This document shows positions 25,119 through 39,046 of a stretch of DNA of 64,000 nucleotides, in pieces. How positions within the stretch are numbered: the first letter of the stretch is position 1; every line of letters starts with the position of its first letter. Where the stretch lies: the NCBI GenBank assembly GCA_016748015.1, contig JAAOMT010000772.1, positions 251,541 through 315,540 of the forward strand. Direction: 5' to 3'. The notes beneath the pieces were generated by a model. It saw only the letters and a program-made list of their open reading frames with translations. It made no database searches and was not told the DNA's origin. The position numbers and the translations under genes are program-made. The stretch is from Geosiphon pyriformis uo1. Taxonomy: Eukaryota > Fungi > Glomeromycota.

Positions 25119-26682
25119 CATTCCAGAAAACATCATCATGGGATACCTTAGAATGGAGCTAGAAAATACATTAACACTACAAAAAATTCTAAATTTCCCA
25201 GAAATCACTTTTACTGTAAACTTACTTTAATAAATTGGCAACAACTATTAGAATGCTATCAATTTATGCCAGAAAAATTGGCCAAATTAAACAATGGATC
25301 CAGACCAACAGTGACAATTAAAAGCATTAATTTTAAAATACTCTGATATATTTTCACAAAATGGTGAATTTAAAAGAACCAACTTGGTTCAACACCAAAT
25401 TCTCACTGGGGATGCCAGACCTAAAAAACAATGTACTTACCATGTTCCACCAATGGAGCATAATTTTATCAGAGAAAAAGTCTAAAGCATGTTGGAAAAA
25501 AAAATAATTCAACTATCAATGAGCCCATAGTCTTCACCAGTTGTTTTAGTAAGGAAAAAGAATGGAAAAATTAGATTTTGCATTGACTATCACAAACTAA
25601 ACAACAAAACAACCAAAGACTTATATTCAATACTGTTAATTGACAAAATCTTCAATGTTTTTGGAAGAGCAAAATGGTTTTCTATACTTGACTTGACCAG
25701 TGGATACTGGCAAGTGGAAATGAACCCAAAAGACAGGCATAAAACAGTATTCACAACACAAAATAGCAATTATGAGTTTAATGTAATGCTATTTGGATTG
25801 ACAAATGCTCCCATGACATTCCAAAGACTAATGGACATAATTTACTCTGGAATTCTGTGGCAATCTGTTGTTATCTACTTGGACAATACAAATGTTTTCT
25901 CACCAAAATTTGCAGATTATCTCCAATATTTACAACAAGTTTTTAAGAGATTAAGATACACTGGACTTAAATTAAATTTAGAAAAATGGTTTTTTAGGAA
26001 AAATGAGCTAGCATTTCTAGGACATGTAGTTGAAAAAAATGGAATAAAACCAGATCCATTAAAAATAAACAAAGTAAAAAATTTTCTAGTACCTTGAAAT
26101 GTTTTAGAAGTTAGAAGCTTTTTAAGACTCACATCTTACTACTGCCGCTTTGTAGAAAACTTTTCAAACATCGCCAAACCTCTTAATTATTTACTATCCA
26201 AAAATGTGAAATTTGAATGGACTGAAACACAGCAAAAAGCTTTTGAGTACTTTAGGCAAAAGCTCATTAAATCACCAATAATAATCTATTCAGATTTCAA
26301 CAAGAAATTCATTTTGGCCACAGATGTCTCTGGAACTAGACTTGGAGCCATTCTTTCACAAAAAGATGATAATAAAAGAGAACATATAATTGCTTATGCC
26401 AGTAGAAGTCTCAGTATGGCAGAGCAAAACTATGTAGCACATGAACTAAAATGCTTAGCAGTAGTCTGGAGTTGTGTTCACTTTGACACATATTTATAGT
26501 ACAAACCCTTTGATATTACCACAGATTATAAAAGTCTGGTCTGGTTAAATAATAAGAAAGCACTAAAAGAAAAATATACCAGATGGTCACAAATATTAGC
26601 ACCATATAATTATATTATCAAATACAAAGAAAGTACCAAAAATGCCAATACTGACTGTTTGTCAAGAATGAGACACATATAA
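25119..26682 (+). pseudogene. Element B ORF1, part 3: RT and RNase H
   Basis: SGYWQV, FGLTNAPMTFQR, YLDN, ATDVSG, IAYASRSL; ends NANTDCLSRMRHI*. Confidence 0.92.
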
Positions 26683-26709
26683 AAATCATAAATTCACCCA
26701 TTAATTAAA

Positions 26710-26995
26710 GTAATTAACAAAGCAACAATCCAACAATTAGAAAGTTTTATTGGAAAAACCAACAGTATATTTAATTCAAAAAGCAGTTTATGGAATTTTC
26801 AAAGCATTTGAAAATTGTCACAAAGTATTACTGGATCCAATCATGAACATAATAACAACCAACAGTATTGAACAACTTACCAATTCAAAATTTCAAGAAT
26901 TACAACAACAAGTTAATAATACAGTATTGGACTACTATAGCAACTTAGAATTCAATGAAGAAATTAACTTCAATTTTGACGGAGTTCAATCTTGA
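26710..26995 (+). pseudogene. C-terminal remnant of ORF3 in element B
   Basis: KAVYGIFKAFENCHKVLLDPIMNIITTNSIEQLTNSKFQEL matches the ORF3 motif of A, C and G. Confidence 0.7.
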
Positions 26996-27008
26996 AAGGA
27001 GGAGATAA

Positions 27009-27829
27009 TGTTACAGTTTAAGAATTTAATAGGAATTATAAATAATATAAATTAGCCAATTATAAAATAGCACAGCAACAAGTTATAAAAAAGAAATGAT
27101 TTACAAATAACAGCAAGCACTATTGTACAATAGCAGCAAGCACTATCATGCAAAAGCAGCAAGCACTATTTCACAATAGCAGCAAGCACTATTTAGAAAT
27201 AACGGAAATAGAGTATTATAAGATGTTATTTTGTAAAACAATAATTATATATATATACAATAGTTTTTAATAATGAAGAATTAAACAAGTTTCAACTTGA
27301 AGCAACAAATATCTAAATAAAATCTTATTCAAAAAGAATTAATAAAAAAAATAATAAATTGAATGAACATCACAATTACAAAATTAACAATAAAATTCAC
27401 ATACCTTTTCTAGTGAATAAAACTATCATTCCATCTCTGAACCCTTTGAAAGAATAATCCCTGATTAAAATTATTCACGTGATTACTAATTAAATTGAAA
27501 AAGCTTTATTATATACTTAGGAAAATTGTGAAAATGCCATTAACATTCTGTGTTTCTAGATTAGAAAAACACATTAAGCAATTGCAAGAATAGCCTCAGA
27601 AAAGACTCCAGACAGTGAATAGATTTCAGATTAGCCTCTGGAAAAGAGTACACAACATACAAAGACAATTAGAATTAAAGAGAAAACTTATATCACAACA
27701 TCAAGAGAAAACCTTTAGTATATCATCATTAATATTCAACACATAAAATAGAGGAACTCACGAGAGACTGATTGCAATTAAAACAGGAGATCAACAATTA
27801 AAATATACCAAGAAAACCATATCATAACA
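27009..27829 (+). repeat. 3' LTR of element B
   Basis: tgttaca...ataaca, preceded by the PPT and followed by TSD CTGG. Confidence 0.93.
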
Positions 27830-27878
27830 CTGGTATTTTAGATTAATTTGTTGTAGAAATTTCCTTTGGCTGAGTTAG

Positions 27879-28692
27879 TGTTACAGTTCAAGAATTTAAT
27901 AGGAATTATAAATAATATAAATTAGCCAATTATGAAATAGCACAGCAACAATTTATAAAAAAAAATAATTTACAAATAACAGTAAGCACTACCATGCAAT
28001 AGCAGCAAGCACTATTATGCAAAACCAGCAAGCACTATTTCACAATAGCAGCAAGCACTATTTAGAAATAATGGAAATAGAGTATTACAAGATGTTATTT
28101 TGTAAAACAATAATTATACATATATACAATAGTTTTTAATAATGAAAAAAAAACAGCTTCAATTAGAAGCAACAAATATCTAAATAAAATCTTATTCAAA
28201 AAGAATTAATAAAAATAATAAATTGAATGATATCACAATTATGAGATTAACAATAGAATTTACATACCCTCTTTAGCAAATAAAACTATCATTCCATCTT
28301 TGAACTCTTTGGAAAAATAATCCTTGATCAAGATTATTTATGTGGTTACTAATTAAATTGAAAAGACTTTATTATATACTTAGGGAAATCGTGAAAAGAC
28401 CATTAACATTCCATGTTTCTAGATTAAAAAAACACAACAGGCAATTGCAAAGATAGCCTCTAAGAAAACTCCAAACAGTGGGTAGATTTCAGATTAGCCT
28501 CTGAGAAGAAGTACACTACATACAAAGACAACTAAAATTAAAGAGAAGACTTACATTGCAACATCAAGAGAAAACCTTCAGTATATTATCATTAATATCC
28601 AACACATAAAATAGAGGAATTCACGAAAGACTGATTGCAATTAAAACAGGAGATTAACAATTAAAATATACCAAGAAAACACTCCCATAATA
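27879..28692 (+). mobile_element. Solo LTR of family B inserted in the 5' coding region of A
   Basis: Collinear with the B LTRs, no PBS or PPT. TSD TTAG/TTGA (likely ancestral TTGG); A frame is restored on removal. Confidence 0.9.
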
Positions 28693-28928
28693 TTGATTTC
28701 TACTAATACTTCTAGCAAATATGAGATTTTCTTGTTGATGTAAAAATTGAAGGCTGATTCTGCTGATAAGTAATAATTGGTTAATCCCAAATGTTAACAG
28801 TAGTATTGGAATAAGGATTTGGTAAATTCTAAATGGTTTGTTTTTATTCTTTCTGGTTTTGTTACTTTTAGATGGTTGTGTATTGGTGCTGGTTTTCTAT
28901 AGGATTATACTTCACAGAAAGCATTAAA

Positions 28929-29828
28929 TGTTACAGATGATTATTTGAGGTCTCAAAGCAAATAACAAACCCATAATTTGGTGCTCAATTAATGACATTA
29001 ATAATGTTTGAAGGTGTTTTGATCTGAAAGTTTTAATTAGAGTTCTTTGTATAATGGACAAAAATTTCCATGTTATTTTATTTGTAACTTCCCAGAATTG
29101 CAATTCCATCAATTTTTTTCTTAGCATGGTAGCTGGCAATCCTTTGGTAAGCAATCCGTAATTTTTATGTATTCTACCCACTTGCAGAGGTCTTTTACTA
29201 GGCAATCTTTGACATCAATACTTAGCGCTTAATCCTCAATTAATTAGTATACACAACAAAAATAAAGAAAAAAATAAAAAAGATAAAGAAAAATAAAGAC
29301 AATAAGCCAAGACAATATAAATTAGTATCCCATCAATAGCTATAATCAAGGGCTATTGTTTCTGTGTGTTTTAAGTATCAATTATTATTAACATTTAGAG
29401 TTGATAGTAAACAACTGAATTTGAAATGCTAAATAAATATATTTATTGATATTTTGGAATAATATGGTTTCTAACTAGAGAATAGTAATTAATAAATTTC
29501 TGTTTGGGGATCCTGTCTTTTTTGTTTCTAATGCTACTGCTATATATATGTATTTTTTAATTTTATAGAATTGCTTTGAATCATCTGTTCTTGCTAGCTA
29601 TTACTTCATTTTTTTACGTTATAACTAATTATTCTATGTTATAACACATTATCTGATGTTATTACACATTATTCTGTATTATTCTGTATTATAATACATT
29701 ATCTCACATTATAATACATTATCCAATGTTATTGCACACTATTCTGTGTCTTTTCATGTTTTGTCACGTTTTTTTTTAAGTCATGTTTTTTTTTCTTTCT
29801 TTGATAGGCTTTCTTTTTTTAAGTAACA
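28929..29828 (-). repeat. 5' LTR of element A
   Basis: tgttaca...gtaaca, 900 bp; PBS-like tttaatgctttctgtgaa follows on the minus strand. Confidence 0.92.
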
Positions 29829-31573
29829 ATGTTATTATATACTAAAAAATACTATCTATATACTATTCAGATCTATATTACCATTAACTGCAAAAACACT
29901 ATTATCTTAAGTACTATTCCAAAATAATTAAGAGAATGCCAAATTATTAAAAACTTATAACAATTTCTTTAAAAAATTTAAATTATGATCAACAATATTA
30001 TTAAAACTTCAATTACTGTTACTTAACCAAATTTTGAATACACTAGTTATTAGAAAGACACTAAATCAGAAAAAAAAGCCAATATTACAGATAAACTTGG
30101 TGGAATAGGGAAATGGTAACATTTGGTGCTTTTAATTATTGATAATATGTGTTTTGCATAATTTCAGTGGCTTACTCTTTGATTATCAGTCTCTAAAAGT
30201 CTTATTTTACTGGTTGCAAATTTACCCATTGAGTTCTTTGGTTATAAGACACAAAGTTTTGGTTTTTGCTGATTGCAACTTCTTATAAAGGTGAGTTTTC
30301 TTCTTCAAACTAATAAGCACAATTGTTAAAATCCAGTGTTGTTTTTTTACTCTTCTGGTAAGCTATCAAGATAATGTTAATATTCAAAAATCTAGGAGGA
30401 GCTTCTTTCTTTTACCAGGCTATTACAAAGTCTATTTTCAGACAGTTGATTTTACTATATTGCTGTTCCACAAGAAAAAAATAAAAATAAAAAAAAATAA
30501 AAATAAAAAAAATAAAAAAAAAGATAAATTAGTATCATCAATTATCATGATCAAGAGCAATTTGTCCAAATTATTAATAGTTTGAGGCAGTTATGCTAAG
30601 AGCATCTGTCTTAGAACAAAGTTATGAAACAATAATTAATTCACATAAATTTTATAAAGTTTGAAAACATAAATTTGTAATTCTGATTTCTTAATAATTG
30701 ATTTATTTCAGAAGATGAATATGGAATATAATAAATGATAAAGGGGTATAAATATTTGATTCTTGTCTAGTGATTTGTATCTAGATGTCTTTCTACTTTT
30801 CTCAACTACTTGTTTTTATATATTTTTTTGGTTTTACAGAATTGCTTTTTAATTGTTCTATTATTGCTAGTTATTGCTTTGCTATTTTTGTAATTGCTTT
30901 GTTCTTCTATGTTAGTACTAGTTATCCTATATTATAATATATTATCTGGTGTTATTATATGTTATTTTGTGTTATTCCACATTATAATGCATTATTCTGC
31001 ATTATTCTATATTATTGTATACTATTCTGTATCATGTCACATTTTGGTCATGTTTTTTCATAACTTTGGATCAGTTTTTCTACTCAGGTAACACCAGCAA
31101 TCAGAAAAATAATAATTAAAACCCAATCTCAAATAATCCAGAAATTCAAACTTTGATTGTTCAAATCCAGCCAAACCTAAACAATTTAAACCCAGCTTCT
31201 ATTCTTTTAGAAAACTTATATTCAGTTATTTTAATTAATTAACTGCATTAATTAGTGCCTAACAACAACCACAATAATAATTACTACTTGTATTAATAGT
31301 CTATGTACCAATTGCAAAACTCAAAAAATTTATTGGTAAAGAAAACAATATCTAAGCATGGTTAAACAATATGGCAAAAGCCATTACAGCCAATAGATAA
31401 AATAATGTTAAAGCATTTTAAACCATCCTATATTTTCTCTAAAATACTATTAACTCATAATACCAGAATTTTATAAACAAACTCCAAGATTTTGACACAT
31501 TTAAAACCACATTTTTACAGTATTTTAGTAATAATAACAGTATCAATAATTTGTTAATTAGCTTTACTACCAT
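29829..31573 (+). pseudogene. Old Gypsy gag remnant D (host of A, solo LTR E and F)
   Basis: Degenerate VPIAKLKKFIGKENNI*AWLNNMAKAITAN..FLQYFSNNNSINNL at ~31300-31570. Confidence 0.75.
30083..31093 (-). mobile_element. Solo LTR, family E (same family as the J LTRs)
   Basis: tattacagataaactt...ggtaaca, TSD CCAA/CCAG, similar to 57130-58156 and 59405-60379. Confidence 0.88.
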
Positions 31574-32557
31574 TGTTATTTATAAAAAAATACAAAAAAA
31601 TAAAGCTAAAAAAACAGATAGAAAAATAGTACTTAACATATGTGCAGAATATTAAAAACTATGACAAATTGCATAGCAATGTGTACAGTGCTAACAAATT
31701 AAGGCACATTGCTTAGCAATATAAGCAATGTTAGTAAATTAGAGCACACTGCTCAGCAATATGAATAATATTAGTAAATTAGGGCATATTGCTTAAGAAA
31801 AAGTAAAATCTTATAAAACAAAAAATATGTATATATAGTGAGAGTATTAGAAGCAAAAAAGACAGAATCCAGTTTACAATTAATATTCACAATCTATTAA
31901 TTATTTTATATCTCTTTCTTTAAAAGATAGTTTTCTATAACTTAAAGCAAAATCAAATTACATATCAATAAAATATTAATTGAATTCATATTATTATTGC
32001 TTGATTAAAAAAATATTAAACACTTCTACTCTATTAATACTCTATATTGATAGAATTCAACACTCCATATTAATAAAATTTAATATTTAATTATACTAGA
32101 CCAATAACTCTTAATTATGACTATTAACAGAATAGTAATTTCTTAATTTTCTTTTTATTTTCTTTTATTTTTTTATTTTTTTTTGTTTGTTTTGTTAATT
32201 TACTAATTAATTAAAAGAATTAAGTATTGAGTATTTTGATGTTAAAGATAGCCTGGTAAAAGATCCAAAAATAAAGATATAGAACTTAAAATTAAAGATA
32301 ACTTATCAAAAAAACACAACTACCAGAATAAACTGGTCACCATGCTGAAAAAAAATTAACAGAATAACTATTTTAGGAGACTACTGAAACAACCATTGAA
32401 TTTCTGTTCATTATACAAAAGACTTTACCAAAATCTTTAGATCAAAAAAATCTTTATATCATAAAAACTTTTAAATATTATTAATATCATCTAATTATTA
32501 AGCACCAAGTTATAAGTTAGGTATTAATATCAACACTTCAAATAATTACCTGTAATA
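31574..32557 (+). repeat. 5' LTR of element F (family-1 U5)
   Basis: tgttatt...tgtaata, preceded by CCAT; U5 matches the A, G and I LTRs. Confidence 0.85.
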
Positions 32558-35500
32558 TTTGGTGTTTTTTGTAAGGTATAATCTAGCAGAAAACCAATAC
32601 CAGCAACAACTATCCAAAACTGTGACAGAATTAAAAAAAATAAGGACAAATCACTTGAGATTTACAAAAGCTTTATTTTAATATTATTAAACTCACTTTG
32701 GATTAACAAATAATTATTGGCCAGCAGAATCAACTTTCAATTTTTATGTCAACAAAAAGATTAAATTTCACTTGGAAGACCAAGAAAATTTGGAAGCAGT
32801 ATTTAACAATTTTTATAGTAAATTACTCCAAAGTATTATGCTTTTACAAAATTATTTATTTACTCTAATAATCACAGAAATCAACAGAGAAATTGAGAAG
32901 CACACCAGACAGCAATTTTTTATTACCTTTACAGATAACAAAAAAGGAAAGTTACAAACACCAGCAGAAATACCAAGAAGAATACAACTATTTACTTGGA
33001 AAAAACCAAGAGTCATTTTACTTATTCACCTGTTATATTACCACATGTTTAGAAGTACCATCAATATATCATCAGAAGTTGTATTATCATTAGCAAAAAC
33101 ACTATCAGCAAGAATAATGTTCTAAAGCAAACAAAAAAAAGCCAATTTATTGGAAACTTATGATGATTTCTTTAAAGAATTTAAATTGCAATTACTAATG
33201 CTATCAGAATTTTAATTCAATCCAATTTTGAAGCTGTTAATTTTTAAGAAATAACTAATTCAAAAAAAGAGAAAAATGATGATCAGAAATTCAAATATCA
33301 AAACCCAATTTCAAAAAACCCAGAAATATAAACTTCAATTGTTTAGGCCCAGCAAAATTCAAACAATTCAAACATCACTCCTATTGTTTCTCAAAACTTA
33401 TCTTCAATAATCATAATTAATCTATCACCTGTTGTCCCAATTGTCACATAACAATAACAACTGTAATCACAACTTCAATTACCACCATAACAACTACTTC
33501 AATTACAACTATAACAACAATTGATCATAGCACTAATGGCATATGTACCAATTGCCAAATTAGAAAAATTCAGTGGCAAGAAAAACAATGCCCAAGTTTA
33601 GTTGAATAACATTGCTAAAGCTATTATCACTAATAATTGGGATAACACTAAAACTCTTTAAGCTATTTCATATTTTTTTTAAGATATTGTTGACTTATGA
33701 TATCAAAGCTTGATTCAAAAAACCCAAATTTTCAATGAATTTAAAGTTGAATTTTTGAGATATTTTAATAATAATAACAGTATCAATTATCTTATAACTG
33801 TCTTTATTACTATTAAGCAAGAAAATACTAAAGCTGTCATTATTTAGCTAGAATGCTTTCACAAAAATCTGCACCAAATTCAAGTTATTAACACTAATTA
33901 TTTCACAGTATCACAAATTTTGAATCAGTTTATTTATGATCTATACAGTAGTTTCTTACAATATGTATACTTATTATATTTACAAATGCTCTAAAATATA
34001 GTCATAAATACCTGAGATTTTGAATTGGCTGAATTAAAAGCCAATTATGCCCAAGCCATAAATCTAGTAATAAACAAATCATCTGACTTAAATTCTAAAC
34101 TAAAACAATTTAGTAATTTAATTAATCAAAAGCTAAAAGAATATTTAAGCAATTTATTAGTCTTCTTAACATTACAATAATCAGAAAAACTCAAATTACC
34201 TTTAAAATTAACCACATCTATCATTATTAAACAATTAATAATGGCAACAAGAGATGTGTAATTGTCATTATTGTGATAAACAAAAACATTTACAAATTGA
34301 CTATTGTACATAGTTAAATAATCAATAATCAGAAAATTAATATTAAAACTTTGATTGCCAATTTTAAAACCCAAACAATACTAGCTATTAATTACTTAAA
34401 CAATACTACTATTAACCATATTAGTTTCTACTAATACAATCAATTTATTAGCTGTCAATTTATTAAACTCTAACACCAATAGTTTATCAGCTATCCTAGT
34501 CCCAAATAATATATCAATCTCAACAAATTCAAATCCAGTCCCAAAACTTATCTCTCAATAAAAACCAAAAGCCAAAAATGATTCAAATTTACTAGAATTA
34601 GAGATCAACAATGGTAATACACCAACTGTTTTTAGTTTAGCAGTTTAGCAATTTGGATTATAACAGCAAAATTTAGAAACTAATTATGTCCAAAACCCAA
34701 ATACTCAATATTATTTAAGTCTCTTAATATCTTTAGAAATTACCACATTCAACTTATTAAAAATCAACCAAAAACAACCTATACCTACCAACAACATTTT
34801 ACTAGCTATCATTACAGAAAATGAATTACTTACAATTATATTTTTTTTTAAAATAAAAGAATCAATCATGGCACTTCTATTTAGTAGAGCCACTTTTGAT
34901 ACTAAATCAATCACCATCATGTATATAAATACCAAAGTCAATGGCCATTCTATTAAACTGATTTTTAACAGTAGATTAGCAGATAGCATTATTACATTAC
35001 AACTCATGGACCAGTTAAGTTACCAAGTTGATTTTGTTGCCAGCACCAGAATTATTATCACCAATAGAATAACAAAAATGCCCATTGGTGAAATTGATGA
35101 CTTTTTATTTAAAGTCAATGGTATTATAACATCAATTAAAATGTTAGTAATAAAAACTATCCAATATTAAGTTTTTATTGGTAATAACTAACTGTTTAAA
35201 ACCAATGCAATATTTAATAAAAACATTCAGAAATTACAACTGAGCCAAAATAATTAAAACATTTAAGTACTAGCCACTTGTGATTATTTCAAAACTACTA
35301 CCAACAAGCAGCCACTAATTGAGTTTGAAAAGAAAAAAAAAAAACCTACTTAAAAAGTTTACTAAATTTTGTGAGATAAAGAAAAACACAACATGTTACT
35401 ATTCATACTTATTTAAAAAAAAAAGAAAAAAAGAAAAAAAAAAGAAAAAAAACTTCAAACTACCACATCTACTTACATTTTGTATACTATTACACTCTAA

Positions 35501-36980
35501 AAACAGACAAACTATCATTAATTTAAGCTAATATGTGTCAATTGTGACAAAAAATTGTCTACAATAGACATATGTTGTGACAATAATGAAAAATAGCCAA
35601 CAACAACCAAATATTATTGTCATCTATGCATTTTTAAATGCTTTGTATGACCCAAATAACAAAAAAAAATAGAACAACAAATTATGCTTTGCTTGTAAAA
35701 AAACTCTTCTGAATAAAAAAAAGTGGAATAATATTCCTGGTTATAAAAAAACATGCAATAAATTGTATTAATACACAATTTTTATAAGCAATTGGATAAA
35801 CAAAAAAATACCAATAGACACTGCTTAAAAAAAAGCTGTAAAACATTTGAATAGTTGCCCACATGACAATAACAAAATCTGGTAAATGGCAATTGCCAAA
35901 ATTGAAGACACATCTTTAGAAGAAATAAAACAATTAAAAACAATTCACTAAAATCTGAAAAAACCATTTGAATCTTAAATCCCAATATTATCTTTGAAGT
36001 TATGGATTCAGAACAATTCCACAAATACTACCAAAAATTAGCACCTATTAGAAAGAAACAAGAGCAATGCTTAAAATAGCTTAATATTCAACTATGTGAC
36101 TATTGTTTAATTCTGTATAATTTTTAATATTGTAATAATTGTGATATTATTTACAATCTACCATTATATATAATATATTCAATTTTTAAAGAAAAAAAAC
36201 TAATTAGCAAGTGTGTATTGGAATCAGAATCGAAAATCAATTGTAATTTAGACTTTGATGATAATGACAACAATGATTTTAACTCTGTTCATTATGGCAA
36301 TAACAACAATAATTCAAACTCCAATTACAACTTTAAACAATATATTGCACTTCCAAATCTATCAATAGAGCAGGAACTAAAATAGTTTAACAATAATAAT
36401 AAAAGTATTATGTCAAAATATATGCATAATACCAATATAAGATTTGATTTTAAATATCCAAAAAAAACTGTTATCAAATTGAAACCACATTTGTGTACTA
36501 GTATAAATCTAAAAATAACACTGAAAATTCTAATAACAATAATGGTTCAACTAGTTTCTAGATCTAATTTAGTAAAAAAAAATTAACATTAAAGGAAAAA
36601 TAATTGATGCAGAATATATAGAAAATATTATTGTAATGCTACAAAACAATTCAAAAAAAAGATACATAATTAAACTAAATAAAAAAATAGCACATACAAT
36701 ATTCTTACTTCTAGTGAAAATAGCTTAATTAATACTAATAAAAACAAGGAAAGAATTAAAAATCACAGCCAGAGGAAAAAATGAATTTGAATCAATGAGT
36801 AAAATAGACATACCAGTTAATATGGCAGAAAAAAAACCAATTAATAAGAGAGAAATTATTTTCACTAATCAATTAGTTTCTATTTCATCATATAATCAGT
36901 ATATGTTAATAATAGAAAGAAAAGTAAAAGACCAGTCTTAGATTTTTGAGATAGAAGTTACAATTTGTGAATTAAAAAAG
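31574..36980 (+). mobile_element. Gypsy element F, 3'-truncated (5' LTR, PBS, gag, PR, Cys-rich, dUTPase)
   Basis: LTR 31574-32557, PBS tttggtg at 32558, MAYVPIAKLEKFSG at ~33537, protease region 34868-35170, decayed dUTPase ~36370-36800. No RT or 3' LTR. Confidence 0.85.
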
Positions 36981-37634
36981 ATTGCAGTAAATTTAATGTT
37001 CTTTAAAGTAACAACTTTTTAGTTATAAAAAGTACTTTAATCCAATCATTATGTTTGCTATTAGTTTGATAATAAAGAATGTTTTAGAAAAAGACTAAAA
37101 ACTTTGATTAATTTTACAGAATATACACAAAGCTTATAATTTGATAAGATGATATTATCTTAAAGCTAATTTAAAACAAATTAAAATGTGTAATAAGTTT
37201 ATTAAATTTTTTGGAAATATTTACTTGAACAGAACCAACAAAATAATAACTGATTTTGGTCTCTCAAATAGTTACAAACTGTTAAATAGAATTGATCAGA
37301 GTAAGATTTTTTTATTTTTTCTTTGAAGAATCTTCTATGACTTATTTTTATATAAGATCAAAAAACATGAACATTTATGTAGTTACAAGATTGATTTAAA
37401 ATTTGTAGCAAAATTTGACAGAGTAAAAACTTAAACTAGAATGACTACTTACTTTATTGTTAAGGCATTTTTGGATAATACAATTTGAATAAACAGTAGT
37501 TAGATTGCTATATAATATATTTTAAACATAGCCAGTAAATTTTTTGCAATCAATAAAATTTCTATAAACAATAAAAAAACTGTTGTTATTCTTATCAATC
37601 AAAGAGTTAGAAATGCTTCTTTGCTTATTAGCAG

Positions 37635-39022
37635 TATTACCAAAAAATTTTCATGCTTTTTTATGCAAAAATTACAACATATACAATAGAAATTAACATC
37701 AAAATCATGTAAAAAAGGTCTATATTATCACAAAATCAGCCAGCAATCTGAAAATAAATGATCAACAATTAATTTAATTACAACAAAAAGATATGACACA
37801 ATCCAACAGTTTAATTAAGTTAAATACAAAGAAATCTTGGCAAATTAAGAAACACTAATGGAAATAAACAATTAACATATGTAATCTAATAACAACAGAC
37901 TTTGTTATGTTTCAAGATTTTTATATGCTCTTATTAAAACAATCTAACATTCTGAATTTGTGATCAATAGTTAAAAGTGGTTACTAAAAAATACAATCAA
38001 TTAATCTATTTCTGATTATGTTGATTATAATCACAATTGGTATCATTAATTTATAATCAATATTTTAGATTCAGCTATTTAAATCTGATCATCTAAATTA
38101 TTAGCTTCTGAATAAATAATAGATTAAGTAAGCTCATCATAAATTAATTAATTTAATATATATAAATAATTGATGTATTTTAAATACTTCTAATATAGTA
38201 TATAAATTTGATGTAATTTAGCTATATATATAGTCTTTCTGTTAGTTCAGAAAAGTATTAGTTCAATACTGAGCCAACTCTTTGCTATAGTTTTTATAAT
38301 AATTAGTCAGTCTTTTCCTCTATATTTCACTCTTTTTTTTTCTCTTTCTATGCTTCAAATATTTGTTATTACAATTTTAAGTATGTTTTTTTATATTCCT
38401 TATTATCATTTAAAATCACATTGTTTATAATTTTTTACCTATTTGTTATTACTATTTCAAGTTTTTTTATTATTTTTGATGTTTAAATTATGTATTATTA
38501 CTATTTCACATTAAGTTTTGTTTTACTAAACAAGTTGTTAAATATAAAAATAAGTAATAAAATATTATATTGTTAGAGAGTAGTCTTAACAATAAAAAAT
38601 TTAATTGAAATTTATTTCAGTTATGTTTGACTTTCATAATCTTTTTATAATTCTTATAACTTTACTTTCAAAGCTGAATATTTGAACATTACATCTTTTT
38701 AATAACTAATTGAAAAAATTCTGGTTATATATTTATAGTTTGGTTTTGTTCTTATTGCTGGTTGCACTTTTAATATATATAAAGAGATATAACTTCTCTT
38801 TTTCTTTTAAAATACTTAAGACTGGTTCTCAAAAACAAATAATAATAACAATACTTTTTTTTACTTTTAATAATATTATTACATATTTCTTTTTGCTTTT
38901 CCACTTACTAAAATAGTCTATACACTTATAATATACTATAGTTAATAGTATAATCATGGTAATATGTATTACTAATTAAGTTAAGAAATGTTTCCAAATA
39001 CTGACAAAAACTACTGGTAATA
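37635..39022 (+). repeat. Left LTR of element X
   Basis: Collinear with 49393-50800. Confidence 0.88.
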
Positions 39023-39046
39023 TATAGTGTCTTTTGTTGTTAGTAT

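Larger units (their letters stand above)
8947..27829 (+). mobile_element. Ty3/Gypsy element B (integrase-less), nested in A; hosts element C and a Tc1 transposon
   Basis: LTRs at 8947-9716 and 27009-27829, TSD CTGG at 8943-8946 and 27830-27833, PBS tttagtgaaccc at 9717, PPT gaaaggaggagataa ending at 27008. Confidence 0.93.
1..29828 (-). mobile_element. Ty3/Gypsy LTR retrotransposon A (native length ~10.2 kb), interrupted by element B and a B-family solo LTR
   Basis: Matching LTRs at <1-856 and 28929-29828, PPT next to 857, PBS at 28911-28928, and gag-PR-dUTPase-RT-RH-IN order on the minus strand. Removing the two inserts plus one TSD copy each restores the reading frame (..LEVLVEINSAKGNFYNKLI*NTSLPANYNF..). 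Confidence 0.92.

Noticed and set aside
27009-28692. Tandem or three-LTR structure for element B
   Set aside because: The two LTRs have separate TSDs and are separated by in-frame A sequence, so they are independent insertions.
28924-29205. LTR-encoded ORF running through U5 into the PBS (also 63391-63717)
   Set aside because: The candidate ATG is ACG in the G 3' LTR, and the frame is broken by indels in F, H and I. The similarity is explained by LTR homology.
30894-31091. Small hydrophobic membrane-protein ORFs (also 38710-38916, 40752-40952, 46151-46637)
   Set aside because: They are antisense or LTR-repeat frames in T-rich DNA and are not conserved between paired copies.
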